From Octopus sinensis (Eukaryota), in NCBI RefSeq assembly GCF_006345805.1, contig NW_021831917.1, positions 1-34,794 on the forward strand: a DNA stretch of 34,794 nt. Reading direction: 5' to 3'. Under the pieces are notes generated by a model. The model did no database searches. It saw only the letters and a list, made by a program, of their open reading frames with translations, and was not told where the DNA came from. This document shows, piece after piece, positions 33,452-34,794 of the stretch. Position numbers and translations under genes: made by a program. The first letter of the stretch is position 1. Each line of letters opens with the position of its first letter.

Positions 33452-34210
33452 TAACTACCCCAAGGGGCTAAACATAGAGGGGACATACAAGACACTACAA
33501 AGGATTAAGTCGATTATATTGAACCATTATGTAACTGGTCCTTAATTTATTTGACCCGAAAGATGAAAGGTAAATTCGACCTCGGGGAAATTTGAACTCA
33601 GAATGTAAGCTAGATGATTATACCTATTTCTTATTACCCACAAGGGGCTAAACAGAGGAGACAAACACACCACAATTGGTTGTCGATTATATTGGACCCC
33701 AGGGGGTACTGGGACTTAATTTATTGACCCCGAAAGGATGAGAAGGTAAAGCACCCTCGGTGGAATTTGAACTCAGAATGTAACGCTAATGAAATCCTAT
33801 TTCTTTATTACCCACAAGGGGCTAAATAGAGGGGACACAAGGACAGACAAAGGGATTAAGTCGATTATATTGACCCCAGTATGTAACTGGTACTTTTATT
33901 TAACGACCCCGAAAGGATGAAAGGTAAAGTCGACCTCGGTGGAATTTGAACTCAGAATGTAACGCTAGATGAAATACCAATTTCTTTATTACCCACAAGG
34001 GGCTAAACATAGAGGGGACAAACAAGGACAGACATAGGTATTAAGTTGATTATATCGACCCCAGAGCGTAACTGGTACTTAATTTATCGACCCCGAAAGG
34101 ATGAAAGGCAAAGTTGACCTCGGCGGAATTTGAACTCACAACGTAACGACAGACGAAATACCGCTAAGCATTTCATCCGGCGTGCTAACGTTTCTGCCAG
34201 CTCGCCGCCT
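33452..34210 (-). mobile_element. SINE family B head followed by a tandem of four body units (173-184 bp)
   Basis: CCCAAGGGGCTAAA/CCCACAAGGGGCTAAA recurs near 33457, 33637, 33810 and 33991; single head at 34160-34210. Confidence 0.85.
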
Positions 34211-34211
34211 T

Positions 34212-34550
34212 TCAGTTTCTGTCTACCAAATTTCTTTCAGTCTCTTTCAGTTTCCATCTACCAAATCCACTCACAAGGCTTTGGTCGGCCCGAGGCTAAG
34301 TAGAAGATACTTGCCCAAATGGCCATGCAATGGGACTGAACCCGAAACCATGTGGTTGGTAAGCAAGCTACTTACCACACAGACACTCCTGTCTTTGTGT
34401 CCTGAGTTCAAATTCTGCCAAGGTCCACTTTGCCTTTCATCCTTTCAGGGTTGATAAAATAAGTACTAGTTAAACACTGGGGTTGATGTACCTGACTTAG
34501 CCCCATCCCCTAAAATTGCTGGACTTGTGCCAAAATTCGAAATCATTATT
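34212..34550. mobile_element. SINE A head (minus, about 34236-34385) and SINE B fragment (plus, about 34395-34550)
   Basis: Sequence matches to the family copies elsewhere in the window. Confidence 0.75.
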
Positions 34551-34794
34551 TGTTCTGGCTCTCTGCTTTCTGAGTTCAAATCCTCCCACGGTTAATATTA
34601 CCTTTTATCTTTTATTGAGGACAATGAACAAAATACCAACCCACAGTGGGGATGGCGGTGGGGGGGGGCAGAATTGGTAGAGCGTCAGACGAGATGCCAT
34701 AGGATATTTTATTCTGACCCTTCGTCTTCTGCTTTCCATTGCTGCACCTTACTGGAGTCATTCCAAAATTATGATTATTGCAAAACTTTTGGCT

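Overview
AT-rich, repeat-saturated eukaryotic DNA with no host protein-coding gene, rRNA, true tRNA or CRISPR array that I can support. The SINE families and very long microsatellites resemble octopus (coleoid cephalopod) genomic DNA; this is recognition from memory, not a database search. Almost every ORF in the supplied track is a microsatellite translation or a broken transposon frame. The window contains: (i) at least four tRNA-derived SINE families, labelled A-D here, several with clear target-site duplications (TSDs); (ii) three decayed Penelope-like element (PLE) relics; (iii) two R4/Dong-like restriction-like-endonuclease (RLE) LINE fragments, an RTE LINE fragment and a CR1/Jockey-like 3' end; (iv) two copies of a non-autonomous Helitron, one carrying extra DNA; (v) a MITE with long terminal inverted repeats (TIRs) and hAT-like ends; (vi) kb-scale (ACAT)n/(ATGT)n, (TTC)n, (CAT)n and CT/CA arrays and a 20-bp minisatellite. 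The most interesting signal is a five-copy ~230-bp tandem array (11731-12880) joined to the 5'-truncated end of a PLE. Each unit combines a Pol III SINE head with a degenerate hammerhead-like core (CUGAUGA...GAAAC), reminiscent of Schistosoma Sm-alpha or retrozyme repeats. Several dispersed minimal hammerhead-like motifs of PLE type also occur (5737, 8672, 28228, 33186). None has been tested for cleavage and most carry core mutations.
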